This document shows, in pieces, positions 39,339 to 48,809 of a stretch of 64,000 nt of DNA. A model generated the notes under the pieces. That model did no database searches and was not told the origin of the DNA. It was given only the letters and a program-made list of their open reading frames with translations. The translations under genes were made by a program, and so were the position numbers. The DNA is from Chloroflexota bacterium. GTDB lineage: Bacteria; Chloroflexota; Dehalococcoidia; Lucifugimonadales; UBA2985. The stretch's first letter is position 1, and every line of letters begins with the position of its first letter. The DNA is taken from contig JAQBZZ010000002.1 of assembly GCA_027622595.1 (NCBI GenBank), positions 31,663-95,662 on the forward strand, in the 5' to 3' direction.

Positions 39339-40187
39339 ATGCTTCAAATCACGTCATCCATAAAATCGACCATCGAGCGTGCCCTGGTGGAAGACCTTGG
39401 GCACGGGGACATCACCACCGACTCGCTCATCCCGTCGGACATTCGTGGTCTGGCGACGGTGTTGGCCAAGGCAACGGGGGTCATCGCAGGGCTGGACGTG
39501 GCACTGGAGGTGTTCCATCAGGTTGACCCGTCCTTGGAGACACGCGTTTTCATGGCCGACGGCTCAGATGTCACGCTAGGCGACGTGGTTGCCGAGGTGG
39601 AGGGGAGCATCGCCAGCATTCTCAAAGGGGAGCGGGTGGCCCTCAACTTCCTGCAACGCCTGAGCGGCATAGCCACGGCAACATCCATGTACGTGAGGGC
39701 CGTAGCAGGAACAAGAGCGCGTATCGTAGACACCCGCAAGACCGTTCCGGGGCTGCGTGAGCTGGAAAAATACGCCGTTCGAGTGGGTGGGGGACACAAC
39801 CACCGCTACAACCTGGCCGACGGCATCCTCATCAAGGACAACCACATCGCCGCCCTGCGTGCTCAGGAACTCGGCATGGAGGACATAATCCGCCGCGCAA
39901 GAGAGAATGCGCCCCATACGCTGCGCATAGAGGTGGAGGTGGAGACGGTGGACGAGGCCCGTGAGGCCATGGAAGCCCGCGCCGACACCATCCTGCTCGA
40001 CAACATGTCCACGGAGAAGATGAGGCAGGCGGTGACGCTGGTGCAGGGCAGATGCCTTCTGGAAGCATCCGGCGGCATCAACCTGGAGACCGTCAGGGCC
40101 GTGGCTGAGACCGGGGTGGACCTCATATCCGTTGGCGCACTTACCCACTCCGTCAGCGCACTGGACATCAGCCTGGACATGAAATAG
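39339..40187 (+). CDS. nadC: nicotinate-nucleotide pyrophosphorylase (carboxylating)
   Basis: 282 aa with ALVEDLGHGDITT, RKTVPGLR and LLDNM. Confidence 0.92.
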   Translation: MLQITSSIKSTIERALVEDLGHGDITTDSLIPSDIRGLATVLAKATGVIAGLDVALEVFHQVDPSLETRVFMADGSDVTLGDVVAEVEGSIASILKGERVALNFLQRLSGIATATSMYVRAVAGTRARIVDTRKTVPGLRELEKYAVRVGGGHNHRYNLADGILIKDNHIAALRAQELGMEDIIRRARENAPHTLRIEVEVETVDEAREAMEARADTILLDNMSTEKMRQAVTLVQGRCLLEASGGINLETVRAVAETGVDLISVGALTHSVSALDISLDMK

Positions 40188-40266
40188 TCATTTATAGGCA
40201 CTCCTGGGTACAGGCCTTTCGATACGACCCGTCACATCCCAGGTAAATATTTGCAAAGAACTCAGC

Positions 40267-40295
40267 TTGCATTGCTACTGTCTTTATGAGATACT
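40267..40295 (+). promoter_or_regulatory. candidate sigma70-type promoter for rpsB-tsf
   Basis: TTGCAT, a 17-nt spacer, then GATACT. Confidence 0.3.
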
Positions 40296-40350
40296 TTGCC
40301 AGGTATTTTGAGCGTCGGCACATTGGTAGAGAGGTAGGAAGAGAAGATAT

Positions 40351-41202
40351 ATGGTCTCAACGGGGGAGAGAGAAGCGCCTCAGGAATCGCTAACGATGAA
40401 ATCTCTGCTGGAAGCAGGGGTGCATTTTGGGCATCAGACTCAGAGATGGCACCCACGCATGAAGCAGTACATATTCGCACAACGAAACGGCATCCACATC
40501 ATAGACCTGCAGCAGTCCATGTTCCTCCTGGAGCGGGCTCGTAAGTTTATTTCTGATGTCGTAGCTGGAGGAGAGACCGTTCTCTTCGTGGGAACCAAAC
40601 GGCAAGCTCAGGACTCCATTGAGCAGTCAGCGAAGAACTGCGGCATGTTCTACGTTAAGAACCGATGGCTCGGTGGAATGCTGACCAATTTCCCCACCAT
40701 CCAGAGCCGCATAGACTACATGGTCCGCCTGGAAGAACGGAAAGAGCACGGGGGTTTCAGATTAATTACGAAGAAGGAAGCCCTCAAGCTGGAAGATGAA
40801 CTCGAGAGGTTGAACAGGAACTTCGGGGGCGTAAAAGAGATGACCAAGCTACCCGGAGCGTTGTTCGTGGTGGACATAGGCAAAGAGAAGATTGCCGTTG
40901 CAGAAGCCCGTCGGATGAATATCCCCATAGTCGCGCTTGTGGATACGGACGGCGACCCCGATCTAATCGACTATCCCATTGCCGCCAACGACGATGCCAT
41001 TCGTTCCATTGGCCTTGTGACCTCCCGCATAGCCGAATCCGTGATGGAAGGGCAGCGGAGGCGCTTTGAACTGGCAAATGCTGTCTCGGAGCAGGATATG
41101 CAAGACGTGGCGACAGAAGCAGAGGCGGAGTCAGAAGTGGTCGCTGAGGTGGTACCGACCGAGACCCCTGACACCGATGTGCCTGCACCAGAGGCGATAT
41201 AA
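40351..41202 (+). CDS. rpsB: 30S ribosomal protein S2
   Basis: [19 protein letters not shown]. The start is either 40351 or the inner ATG at 40396. Acidic C-terminal tail. Confidence 0.93.
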   Translation: MVSTGEREAPQESLTMKSLLEAGVHFGHQTQRWHPRMKQYIFAQRNGIHIIDLQQSMFLLERARKFISDVVAGGETVLFVGTKRQAQDSIEQSAKNCGMFYVKNRWLGGMLTNFPTIQSRIDYMVRLEERKEHGGFRLITKKEALKLEDELERLNRNFGGVKEMTKLPGALFVVDIGKEKIAVAEARRMNIPIVALVDTDGDPDLIDYPIAANDDAIRSIGLVTSRIAESVMEGQRRRFELANAVSEQDMQDVATEAEAESEVVAEVVPTETPDTDVPAPEAI

Positions 41203-41205
41203 CAA

Positions 41206-41715
41206 ATGGCCGAGGTATCGCTAGAAGCCATCAAGAGCCTGAGAGAGCAGACCAGCGCGGGTGTCATGGACTGCAAGAATGCCCTGCTAGAGGCTGGTGG
41301 AGATCTCGTAAAGGCGGCGGAACTGCTGAGGCAGAAGGGTCTTACCATAGCTGCCAAGAAGTCCTCCAGGGAGACTTTGGAGGGAGTGGTCGACTGCTAC
41401 ATCCACACCGGTAATCGTGTTGGCGCCATAGTAGAGGTGAACTGCGAGACGGATTTTGTGGCAAGGACTCCAGAATTCAAGGAGCTTGTTCACAACCTGG
41501 CCATGCAGATAGCGGCCATGAGACCACGTTACGTGGATAGCGAGTCCGTTCCAGCCGGGGACACCGTCAACCCGGAGGTAGACTGTCTAATGGAGCAGCC
41601 CTTCATAAAAGACCCGGCGCAAACGATAAGAGACCTGGTAATTGAGGCGACGGCGCGGGTGGGAGAGAACATTCGCGTGAGACGGTTTGAGAGATTTGCC
41701 CTTGGGGAGTCCTGA
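41206..41715 (+). CDS. tsf: elongation factor Ts (short form)
   Basis: 169 aa with TSAGVMDCKNAL and NCETDFVART. Confidence 0.9.
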   Translation: MAEVSLEAIKSLREQTSAGVMDCKNALLEAGGDLVKAAELLRQKGLTIAAKKSSRETLEGVVDCYIHTGNRVGAIVEVNCETDFVARTPEFKELVHNLAMQIAAMRPRYVDSESVPAGDTVNPEVDCLMEQPFIKDPAQTIRDLVIEATARVGENIRVRRFERFALGES

Positions 41716-41750
41716 ACTCTCAAGATTATCGTTCAGTCCCGATAGAAAAT

Positions 41751-41840
41751 TGTCATTCTGAGCCACAACATTTTGGGGCGAAGAATCTGAGGCGGGGCCT
41801 CCACCCCAGACCCTTCGTCGCTACGCTCCTCAGAGTGACA
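41751..41840. repeat. inverted-terminus repeat element (TGTCAYNCTGAG family)
   Basis: TGTCATTCTGAGCC...GCGAAGAATCTGAGG ... CAGACCCTTCGTCGCTACGCTCCTCAGAGTGACA. Confidence 0.7.
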
Positions 41841-42043
41841 GAAACAAGACGTATTTCTCCGACTAACCACGATGGGCAATGAACACCACCGCACTCTCCG
41901 CCTTCCATGAATCGCCGAATCCCTCATCGGTCTTCGATTTGTACACTTTTAGACATCCATTCTCTATGCTAATCTTGGAACTCCCTGTTACCATGGTACA
42001 AGGTGGGGTCAGCGACACAGTATTCTCACGGATGGAGATTTAG

Positions 42044-42607
42044 ATGGCCACCATAAATGAGACCCTTGAGGAAGGGAACAAGAGGAAGAGGAGATCGGTA
42101 GAGGCCCTGAAGAAAGACCTGGGGACTTTGAGGACGGGAAGGGCCAGCCCCTCGCTGATAGAGAACATTTTTGTGGACTATTACGGGACGTCCACGCCGC
42201 TGAACCAACTGGCTTCCGTCACGGTGGCCGAGGCACGACTGTTGTTGGTCCAACCGTGGGACAGGCAGAGTCTGCCTGCGATTGAGAAAGCTATCCTGAA
42301 GTTTGGAGCAGGGCTGAATCCCATGAGCGATGGGGTCGTGCTACGCCTGGCCATCCCTCAACTGACAGAGGACCGCCGCAAGGATTTGGTGCGTCTGGTA
42401 CGCAAAAAGGTGGAGGATGGGCGGGTGGAGGTGAGAAACATCAGGCGAGACGTTCTGGAGCAGTTGCGGTCCATGGAAAAGGACAAGGAGATATCCCAGG
42501 ACGAAAGCAAGCGGGGCCAGGAACAACTCCAGAAGATGACCGACCTCTACATTGCCGAGATTGATGGCCTGGGAGCCGAGAAAGAGAAAGAGGTAATGGA
42601 GGTCTAG
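42044..42607 (+). CDS. frr: ribosome recycling factor
   Basis: 187 aa with LRTGRASPSLIENI and LNPMSDG. Confidence 0.93.
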   Translation: MATINETLEEGNKRKRRSVEALKKDLGTLRTGRASPSLIENIFVDYYGTSTPLNQLASVTVAEARLLLVQPWDRQSLPAIEKAILKFGAGLNPMSDGVVLRLAIPQLTEDRRKDLVRLVRKKVEDGRVEVRNIRRDVLEQLRSMEKDKEISQDESKRGQEQLQKMTDLYIAEIDGLGAEKEKEVMEV

Positions 42608-42688
42608 GCTCCGTTCCACCTCCTTCACACAAATTCACACAAAACTCTGTAGGACCTGACCAAACTATAAAGGTGCGATGAAGGTGCC

Positions 42689-43426
42689 ATGAAAATGAAG
42701 GGGAAAGCGTCCGTGGAAGATAGGCCGGAGATTTGGCCCATTCCCGCCCACGTGGCTATTATCATGGATGGCAATGGCCGGTGGGCAGAGCAGAGGAAGC
42801 TCCCTCGTCTGGCAGGCCACCGGGCCGGGACGGAGAACATCCGACGGGTCATAGAGGAGTTTGCCAGCTTTGGAGTCAAACACCTGACCCTGTATGCCTT
42901 CTCCACCGAGAACTGGGAGCGTCCAGATGAAGAGGTTCGCGGGCTCATGAGCATCCTTGAGGACGTCATTCCCAGAGAGAGCCAGGCGCTGCATGAGCAG
43001 GGTGTCAGGCTGCTGCACCTTGGGACGCTGGATCGGCTTCCGCCGGGACTCCAGAACGCCGTGTGCCAGGCCGTAGAATTGACCAAGAACAACCAGCGTA
43101 TCACCCTGAACGTGGCCTTCAACTACGGAGGAAGGGCGGAGATACTGGGAGCGGTGCGTAGAATCGTGGAAGATGGAATACCTATCCAGGATATAGATGA
43201 TGCCACATTCGGCAGCTACCTCAACACAGCGGGTATGCCGGACCCCGACCTGATAATTAGGACGGGAGGAGAGATGAGGCTGAGCAATTTCCTGCTGTGG
43301 CAGTCGGCATACAGCGAATACTACTCCACCCCCGCGTTCTGGCCAGACTTCGACCCTGAGGAACTGCGCACAGCCCTGGTAGCCTACAGCCAGCGCCACC
43401 GACGGTTTGGGAAGGTTATAGTCTAA
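42689..43426 (+). CDS. uppS: isoprenyl (undecaprenyl-type) diphosphate synthase
   Basis: 245 aa with HVAIIMDGNGRWA, LTLYAFSTENW and RLSNFLLWQ. Confidence 0.92.
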   Translation: MKMKGKASVEDRPEIWPIPAHVAIIMDGNGRWAEQRKLPRLAGHRAGTENIRRVIEEFASFGVKHLTLYAFSTENWERPDEEVRGLMSILEDVIPRESQALHEQGVRLLHLGTLDRLPPGLQNAVCQAVELTKNNQRITLNVAFNYGGRAEILGAVRRIVEDGIPIQDIDDATFGSYLNTAGMPDPDLIIRTGGEMRLSNFLLWQSAYSEYYSTPAFWPDFDPEELRTALVAYSQRHRRFGKVIV

Positions 43427-43469
43427 GGCACGTGAGTTTTTTGAATGGTTAACGTGGGTGCGGAACATT

Positions 43470-43610
43470 TGTCATGCTGAGGAGCCCGTTCGACGAACTC
43501 AGGGTAAACTCCACGATGAAGCATCTGGCTGCGGGGTGTCCCTCCAAACAGGCACCACCGGGATGAGCCCACATCCCCACCAGACCCTTCGCCTTCGGCT
43601 CAGGGTGACA
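43470..43610. repeat. inverted-terminus repeat element (TGTCAYNCTGAG family), long variant
   Basis: TGTCATGCTGAGGAGCCCGTTCGACGAACTCAGGGTAAAC ... CCAGACCCTTCGCCTTCGGCTCAGGGTGACA. Confidence 0.7.
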
Positions 43611-43645
43611 ATCGAAAGACCCTACGGGGTTTCCATCCAACTCTA

Positions 43646-44494
43646 ATGGCTTCAAGGGTTATAAGCGCCATTGTCGGGATACCCATTTTGGTTGCGGCCG
43701 TCTGGGTCGGCATGCCCTGGCTTTCCCTGTTGGCAGCCGTGCTTGCAGCATTGGGGGCGTTGGAGTTCTACCGTATGGTAGAACGGAGGGAGACGCGGCC
43801 AGCGGTCCTGTTGGGCATTGCATGGGCTCTGGGGTTCATCGTCAGCGGCCACAGGGCAGACTGGCCGGCTCCTCTTGTAGCCGTGGTGGGAGCCGCTGCA
43901 ACCTTCTCCTGGCACCAGCTGCGCCGCCTGTCTGGCCTGCCAGGACTTACAAAAGTTTTCGCAAGAGAAATCGGAACTGGTCCTCGCGGTTTTAGTGATT
44001 CCCTGTCCGACTGGGTTTACACCGCTGCGGGGGCATTTTACATAGGTTGGACGCTCTCGCTATTCCTGATCCTTCGGGGGGAGATGAACGGGCGAGAGTG
44101 GGTCCTTGTGGCAATACTGGGAGCCTTTGCCACGGATACAGGGGCCTTCATTACTGGCAAGGCGTTTGGCAGAAGGCCATTGGCGCCGAGGATCAGCCCT
44201 GGTAAGACATGGGAGGGCGCCGCAGGCGGGTTCTTATTGGGGACTGGAGCGGTCATGGCCCTGAGTTCCTTGCTGGAGTTGCCCGTATCCATGTGGGAAG
44301 GCGCTGTCCTGGGAGCGCTGATAGGTGTCTCTGCCCAGATGGGAGACCTGTTAGAGTCCATGATCAAGAGAGCATCCAGGGTGAAGGACGCGGGGAATAT
44401 CATTCCAGGTCACGGTGGAGTACTGGATCGCCTGGATAGCGTTGTGTTCGTAATCGTAGTCGTGTACCATTTTTTTGTGTGGATAATAAAGTGA
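43646..44494 (+). CDS. cdsA: phosphatidate cytidylyltransferase
   Basis: 282 aa multi-TM protein with the signature SMIKRASRVKDAGNIIPGHGGVLDRLDS. Confidence 0.85.
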   Translation: MASRVISAIVGIPILVAAVWVGMPWLSLLAAVLAALGALEFYRMVERRETRPAVLLGIAWALGFIVSGHRADWPAPLVAVVGAAATFSWHQLRRLSGLPGLTKVFAREIGTGPRGFSDSLSDWVYTAAGAFYIGWTLSLFLILRGEMNGREWVLVAILGAFATDTGAFITGKAFGRRPLAPRISPGKTWEGAAGGFLLGTGAVMALSSLLELPVSMWEGAVLGALIGVSAQMGDLLESMIKRASRVKDAGNIIPGHGGVLDRLDSVVFVIVVVYHFFVWIIK

Positions 44495-45618
44495 AAAGTC
44501 TGTCGATCCTGGGTTCCACGGGGTCTGTTGGAAGACAAACGTTGGACGTAGTCCGCTCTTTTCCGGGTGAGTTCGAAGTGGTCGGGCTGGCCGCTGGCTA
44601 TAATCTGGAGCTTCTGGCACAACAGGTCGAAGAGTTCCATCCCAAGGTGGTGTCTTGCCAGGGCCCGGCAGATGTCCTGGCATCCAGTCTCCCTCCGGGA
44701 TACCAGATGGTATCCCAGGAAGAGGTGGCTTCTCATCCCGACGCGGACATGGTGGTGGCGGCCAGTGTCGGTAAAGCCGGACTGAAGCCCCTCACGGCGG
44801 CAATCCAGGCGGGGAAGACCGTGGCCCTCGCCAACAAAGAACCTCTTGTCATGGCGGGAGAGCTAGTCATGGCTGAAGCCAGGCGCAGAGGGGCGGACAT
44901 TCTGCCGGTGGACAGCGAACCCAGCGCTATCTGGCAGTGTATGAGGGGCGAGGACAAGGAAATATACAGGGTTATGATAACGGCCTCCGGGGGGGCATTC
45001 CGAAAGCGGACCGCGGATGAGTTGGCAACAGTCACACCGGAAGAGGCGCTACGGCATCCAACGTGGAGTATGGGGAGGAAGATCACCATCGACTCGGCCA
45101 CTCTGATGAACAAGGGCTTTGAGGTAATCGAGTCCCGCTGGCTCTTTGACCTGCCCTGGGAGAAGATAGACGTGGTGGTGCATCCCCAGAGCATAATACA
45201 CGCCATGGTGGAGTTCACAGATGGTTCGGTGAAGGCCCAGTTGAGCCCCCCGGACATGCGCATGCCGATTCAGTACGCTCTGTTCTACCCCCAACGGGTG
45301 AAGAACGACGCCCTACCCCGTTTCAACCCCGTGGAGACCGGGGCATTGACCTTTGAGGCACTGGATGCAGCCAAGTATCCCTGTTTTCAACTGGCCCTGG
45401 AGGCTGGTAGGAAGGGAATGACGTATCCCGCAGTGCTCGCCGCCGCTGATGAGGTAGCGGTGGAGTTTTTCCTGAAAGGTGCAATAAGGTTTACCGCCAT
45501 TCCCAATCTGGTGGAATGGGTGCTATCCAAACACGAGCCCGTATCCAGTCCCAACATGGAAAACATCCTTGAGATAGATGACTGGGCTCGAAAGATGGCC
45601 TACGCCTGGCCCAAATAG
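44479..45618 (+). CDS. dxr: 1-deoxy-D-xylulose 5-phosphate reductoisomerase
   Basis: 379 aa with ILGSTGSVG and LANKEPLV. An alternative GTG at 44491 overlaps the cdsA stop. Confidence 0.93.
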   Translation: MDNKVKSLSILGSTGSVGRQTLDVVRSFPGEFEVVGLAAGYNLELLAQQVEEFHPKVVSCQGPADVLASSLPPGYQMVSQEEVASHPDADMVVAASVGKAGLKPLTAAIQAGKTVALANKEPLVMAGELVMAEARRRGADILPVDSEPSAIWQCMRGEDKEIYRVMITASGGAFRKRTADELATVTPEEALRHPTWSMGRKITIDSATLMNKGFEVIESRWLFDLPWEKIDVVVHPQSIIHAMVEFTDGSVKAQLSPPDMRMPIQYALFYPQRVKNDALPRFNPVETGALTFEALDAAKYPCFQLALEAGRKGMTYPAVLAAADEVAVEFFLKGAIRFTAIPNLVEWVLSKHEPVSSPNMENILEIDDWARKMAYAWPK

Positions 45619-45660
45619 CCTGGCCCAGGTAGTCCGGGTGCAAATGCGAGGAGGAGCCAT

Positions 45661-46779
45661 ATGTTAGGTGGGATAATGGTGGTGGTAGGATTCATTGCCA
45701 TTCTGATGATCCACGAAGGTGGACATCTGATTGCCGCTAAGGCCCTTGGGATGAAGGCGACCAAGTACTTCCTGGGCTTTGGGCCTACCCTGTGGTCTTT
45801 CCAACGCGGCGAGACGGAGTACGGCATCAAAGCCGTCCCTGCCGGCGGGTACGTCCGAATTATCGGCATGAACCCGCTGGAGGAGGTACCGCCTGAGGAC
45901 GAGGACCGCACATACAGGGTCAAACCCTTCTGGCAGAAATCGGTGGTGGTCATGGCCGGCATTGCTACCCACTTTATCCTTGCCTTTATCCTGCTGTGGA
46001 TTGCCAACGTGGTCGTTGGAGAGTCCGATCCCGACCGACCACAGCTTGAGGTCGCTCATGTGGTGCCGGAGACCGAGGATGGCTCACCCACGGCGGCGGT
46101 GATAGCCGGCATTGAAGAGGGAGACCGAGTGGTCGATGTGAATGGTGTGTCCATTGCCACCTGGGACGAACTGACCTCGGTCCTAAGAGCCAGTCCCAAC
46201 GAGCAGATCGTGCTTGGTGTGCTGCGGGATGGGGAGCGCTTGCAGCTGAGCGCCGCCCTGACATCGAGGACAGACCCAGCCACCGGCGAAGAGTTGGGGT
46301 TCTTAGGAGTATCGCCTGAGTTCGGCAAAAGTCGGGACAACCCGATACTGGGAATCGGCAGGGCAGCCGGGGATGTGGTCTTTTTCACGAGGATGAGCGC
46401 CATGGGTATCTGGGGGTTCGTCACCAACTTCAACAATTTCATAAGCGCCGCCTTCAGCAACGACGATGTGCTGGACGATGTACGGCCCGTGAGTGTCATC
46501 GGCATCACCCAGTTAGGCGCCGCCAGCCAGCGGGCTGGCTTTAACGTTACACTGGGGCTGATCGCCTATATAAGCGTCTTCGTTGGCATGGTCAACACCA
46601 TCCCCCTTTACCCGTTCGACGGCGGCCACTTCGCCGTGGCGCTCTATGAGAAGATAACCGGTCGGCAGGCTGACGTGCGTAAGCTGATTCCGGTGGGAGC
46701 CGTGGTCTTCTTCCTAATGGTGGTGGTGGGTTTCCTGGGCATCTACTTCGACATCGTGCGGCCCATTGACCTTGGATGA
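45661..46779 (+). CDS. rseP: site-2 (M50/RseP-type) membrane metalloprotease
   Basis: 372 aa with HEGGH (HExxH), a central PDZ-like segment and a C-terminal NxxPxxxxDG motif (NTIPLYPFDGG). Confidence 0.85.
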   Translation: MLGGIMVVVGFIAILMIHEGGHLIAAKALGMKATKYFLGFGPTLWSFQRGETEYGIKAVPAGGYVRIIGMNPLEEVPPEDEDRTYRVKPFWQKSVVVMAGIATHFILAFILLWIANVVVGESDPDRPQLEVAHVVPETEDGSPTAAVIAGIEEGDRVVDVNGVSIATWDELTSVLRASPNEQIVLGVLRDGERLQLSAALTSRTDPATGEELGFLGVSPEFGKSRDNPILGIGRAAGDVVFFTRMSAMGIWGFVTNFNNFISAAFSNDDVLDDVRPVSVIGITQLGAASQRAGFNVTLGLIAYISVFVGMVNTIPLYPFDGGHFAVALYEKITGRQADVRKLIPVGAVVFFLMVVVGFLGIYFDIVRPIDLG

Positions 46780-46907
46780 TACCCTCTAATGAGGCTTGGG
46801 CGTGGGTACCCGCCAGTCGCCGAAGACACTCTACCCATGGAGCAATTGACCCTCCCGTCTCATTGGATTAGACTATTCCTACTTATATAGAGAGAAAGCG
46901 TGCTTAA

Positions 46908-48056
46908 ATGAGTCCTCGACGGGTTTCCAAGGCCATCCAGGTCGGCGATGTCACGGTCGGTGGCAACGCACCCATAACAGTACAGTCCATGACCAAGACC
47001 GACACCCGTGACGTCGCGGCCACGGTGCGTCAGATAAAAGAGCTTGAGGATGTGGGTTGCGATATCATAAGGCCGGCCGTTCCCGACATGGAGGCCGCTC
47101 TGGCGCTGCGGGAGATCAAGAAACAGGTCAGGATACCAATCATCGCCGATATCCACTTCCACTATCAGCTTGCACTGGAGTCCATTGCGGCAGGTGTGGA
47201 CGGGCTTCGCCTAAACCCAGGTAACATCCGAGACCGGGAGAAGGTGGAACTGGTGGTGAAGGCTGCCAAGGAACGGCAGATACCTATACGCATTGGTGTG
47301 AACTTCGGCAGCCTGCCTCCGGTGGGACAGATAGGCAAGTTCGGAGGGCTGCATCGCCACACAGACGGCGTGAACAAGCTGGCGAAGGCCGGTGAGGCCG
47401 ATGAGGGACAGTTCTCGGTTGTGGACCACATGGTAGCCACCGCCCTGTGGGAGATAAGCATTCTGGAAGACCTTGACTTTGATCTCATAAAGATATCCCT
47501 GAAGGCCTTTGACGTACCCACTACAATCGAGGCCTACCGCAGGCTGGCCTACATGGTCCCCTACCCGCTGCACCTGGGCATCACCGAGGCTGGAACGGCG
47601 AAGGCTGGCTCCATTCGCAGCGCGGTTGGACTGGGCTACCTCCTCTATGAAGGCATCGGGGATACCATCCGTGTATCTCTCAGCGCGGACTCCAAAGAAG
47701 AAGTGCAGGCCGGATACGAGATACTGAAGTCGCTGAACCTCAGGCAGAAGGGCCCGACTCTGGTGGCCTGCCCATCCTGCGGCCGCGCAGACGTGGACGT
47801 CATAAAGCTGGCAAACACGGTGGATGCGCTGTTGCAGGAAAAGGACTACACCGTGAAGGTGGCGGTGATGGGATGCGAGGTGAACGGCCCAGGAGAGGCC
47901 AAGGACGCCGACATCGGCATAGCCGCGGGTGTAGGTAGGGCCGTCATCTTTCGCAAGGGGCAGAAGGTGCGAGTGGTGGAAGAGTCGGAGATGCTCTCCG
48001 CTCTGATGGAAGAGGTTGAAAAGGTGGCTGCAGAGCAAGCCCTACAGCAGGGCTAG
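46908..48056 (+). CDS. ispG: 4-hydroxy-3-methylbut-2-enyl diphosphate synthase
   Basis: 382 aa with IRPAVPD, RINPGN-like LRLNPGNI and CPSCGR. Confidence 0.93.
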   Translation: MSPRRVSKAIQVGDVTVGGNAPITVQSMTKTDTRDVAATVRQIKELEDVGCDIIRPAVPDMEAALALREIKKQVRIPIIADIHFHYQLALESIAAGVDGLRLNPGNIRDREKVELVVKAAKERQIPIRIGVNFGSLPPVGQIGKFGGLHRHTDGVNKLAKAGEADEGQFSVVDHMVATALWEISILEDLDFDLIKISLKAFDVPTTIEAYRRLAYMVPYPLHLGITEAGTAKAGSIRSAVGLGYLLYEGIGDTIRVSLSADSKEEVQAGYEILKSLNLRQKGPTLVACPSCGRADVDVIKLANTVDALLQEKDYTVKVAVMGCEVNGPGEAKDADIGIAAGVGRAVIFRKGQKVRVVEESEMLSALMEEVEKVAAEQALQQG

Positions 48057-48342
48057 GCCCTGCACCCACAATACCTGCCGATATACTGTCACCGGTTTTG
48101 CTCTCATAGGCGAGAGGAAACTGCACTGTGCCCAACCCCACGTCAGAGCCTCTATGCTCCCTGTATCTGACTGTAAGTTCAGGGAGTTGATGTATCTTAA
48201 CGCAAGGTGTGCCGACATTCACCTGCCGTTTACTTTCCCCATACTCCTTTCTTTATCGGTGCGAGCAATACTGGACTTACCGAACAGGAAAGTCCTGGAT
48301 ACAAGCTAAAGTTGCCACATCACAAAACCGTCATTAAATAGA

Positions 48343-48633
48343 ATGGCGAGGGGAAAGGAACTACTGATGATACATAAAGAAATGCCAAGCACACCATCCG
48401 ACGATAGGTTGGGACAGCAGATGATGACCATTGATGAGGTGGCCCGCCTGCTCAATGTGCATACGAACACCGTCCGACAGTGGAACCACCGGGGACTGCT
48501 GAACGCCTATAGGCTGGGACCTCGGGGAGACAGACGGTTTACAGAGAAGGATGTACTTGATTTCCTCACCAATGGAAATAATGGCAATGGCTCCGACGGA
48601 GATGAGGACTCTATAGAGCCTGCATCCCAGTAA
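48343..48633 (+). CDS. excisionase/MerR-type helix-turn-helix DNA-binding protein
   Basis: 96 aa with MTIDEVARLLNVHTNTVRQWNHRGLLNAYRLGPRGDRRFTEKDVLDFL. Confidence 0.65.
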   Translation: MARGKELLMIHKEMPSTPSDDRLGQQMMTIDEVARLLNVHTNTVRQWNHRGLLNAYRLGPRGDRRFTEKDVLDFLTNGNNGNGSDGDEDSIEPASQ

Positions 48634-48809
48634 GCCCACCAGGTATTCCGTTTAAGGCGGGCGGCGAATGTACGGAAGTAGTGCGTGAGTGCCTCCTTAA
48701 ACGGTGTGGACTACGCGTTAGGAGTTCAGCATCCTACAGCATGCAGTGCTCTTGACAGCGGCAATGAAATAAGACTAACGTGCAGCTATCCAACTGAAGA
48801 GATAGCCAC

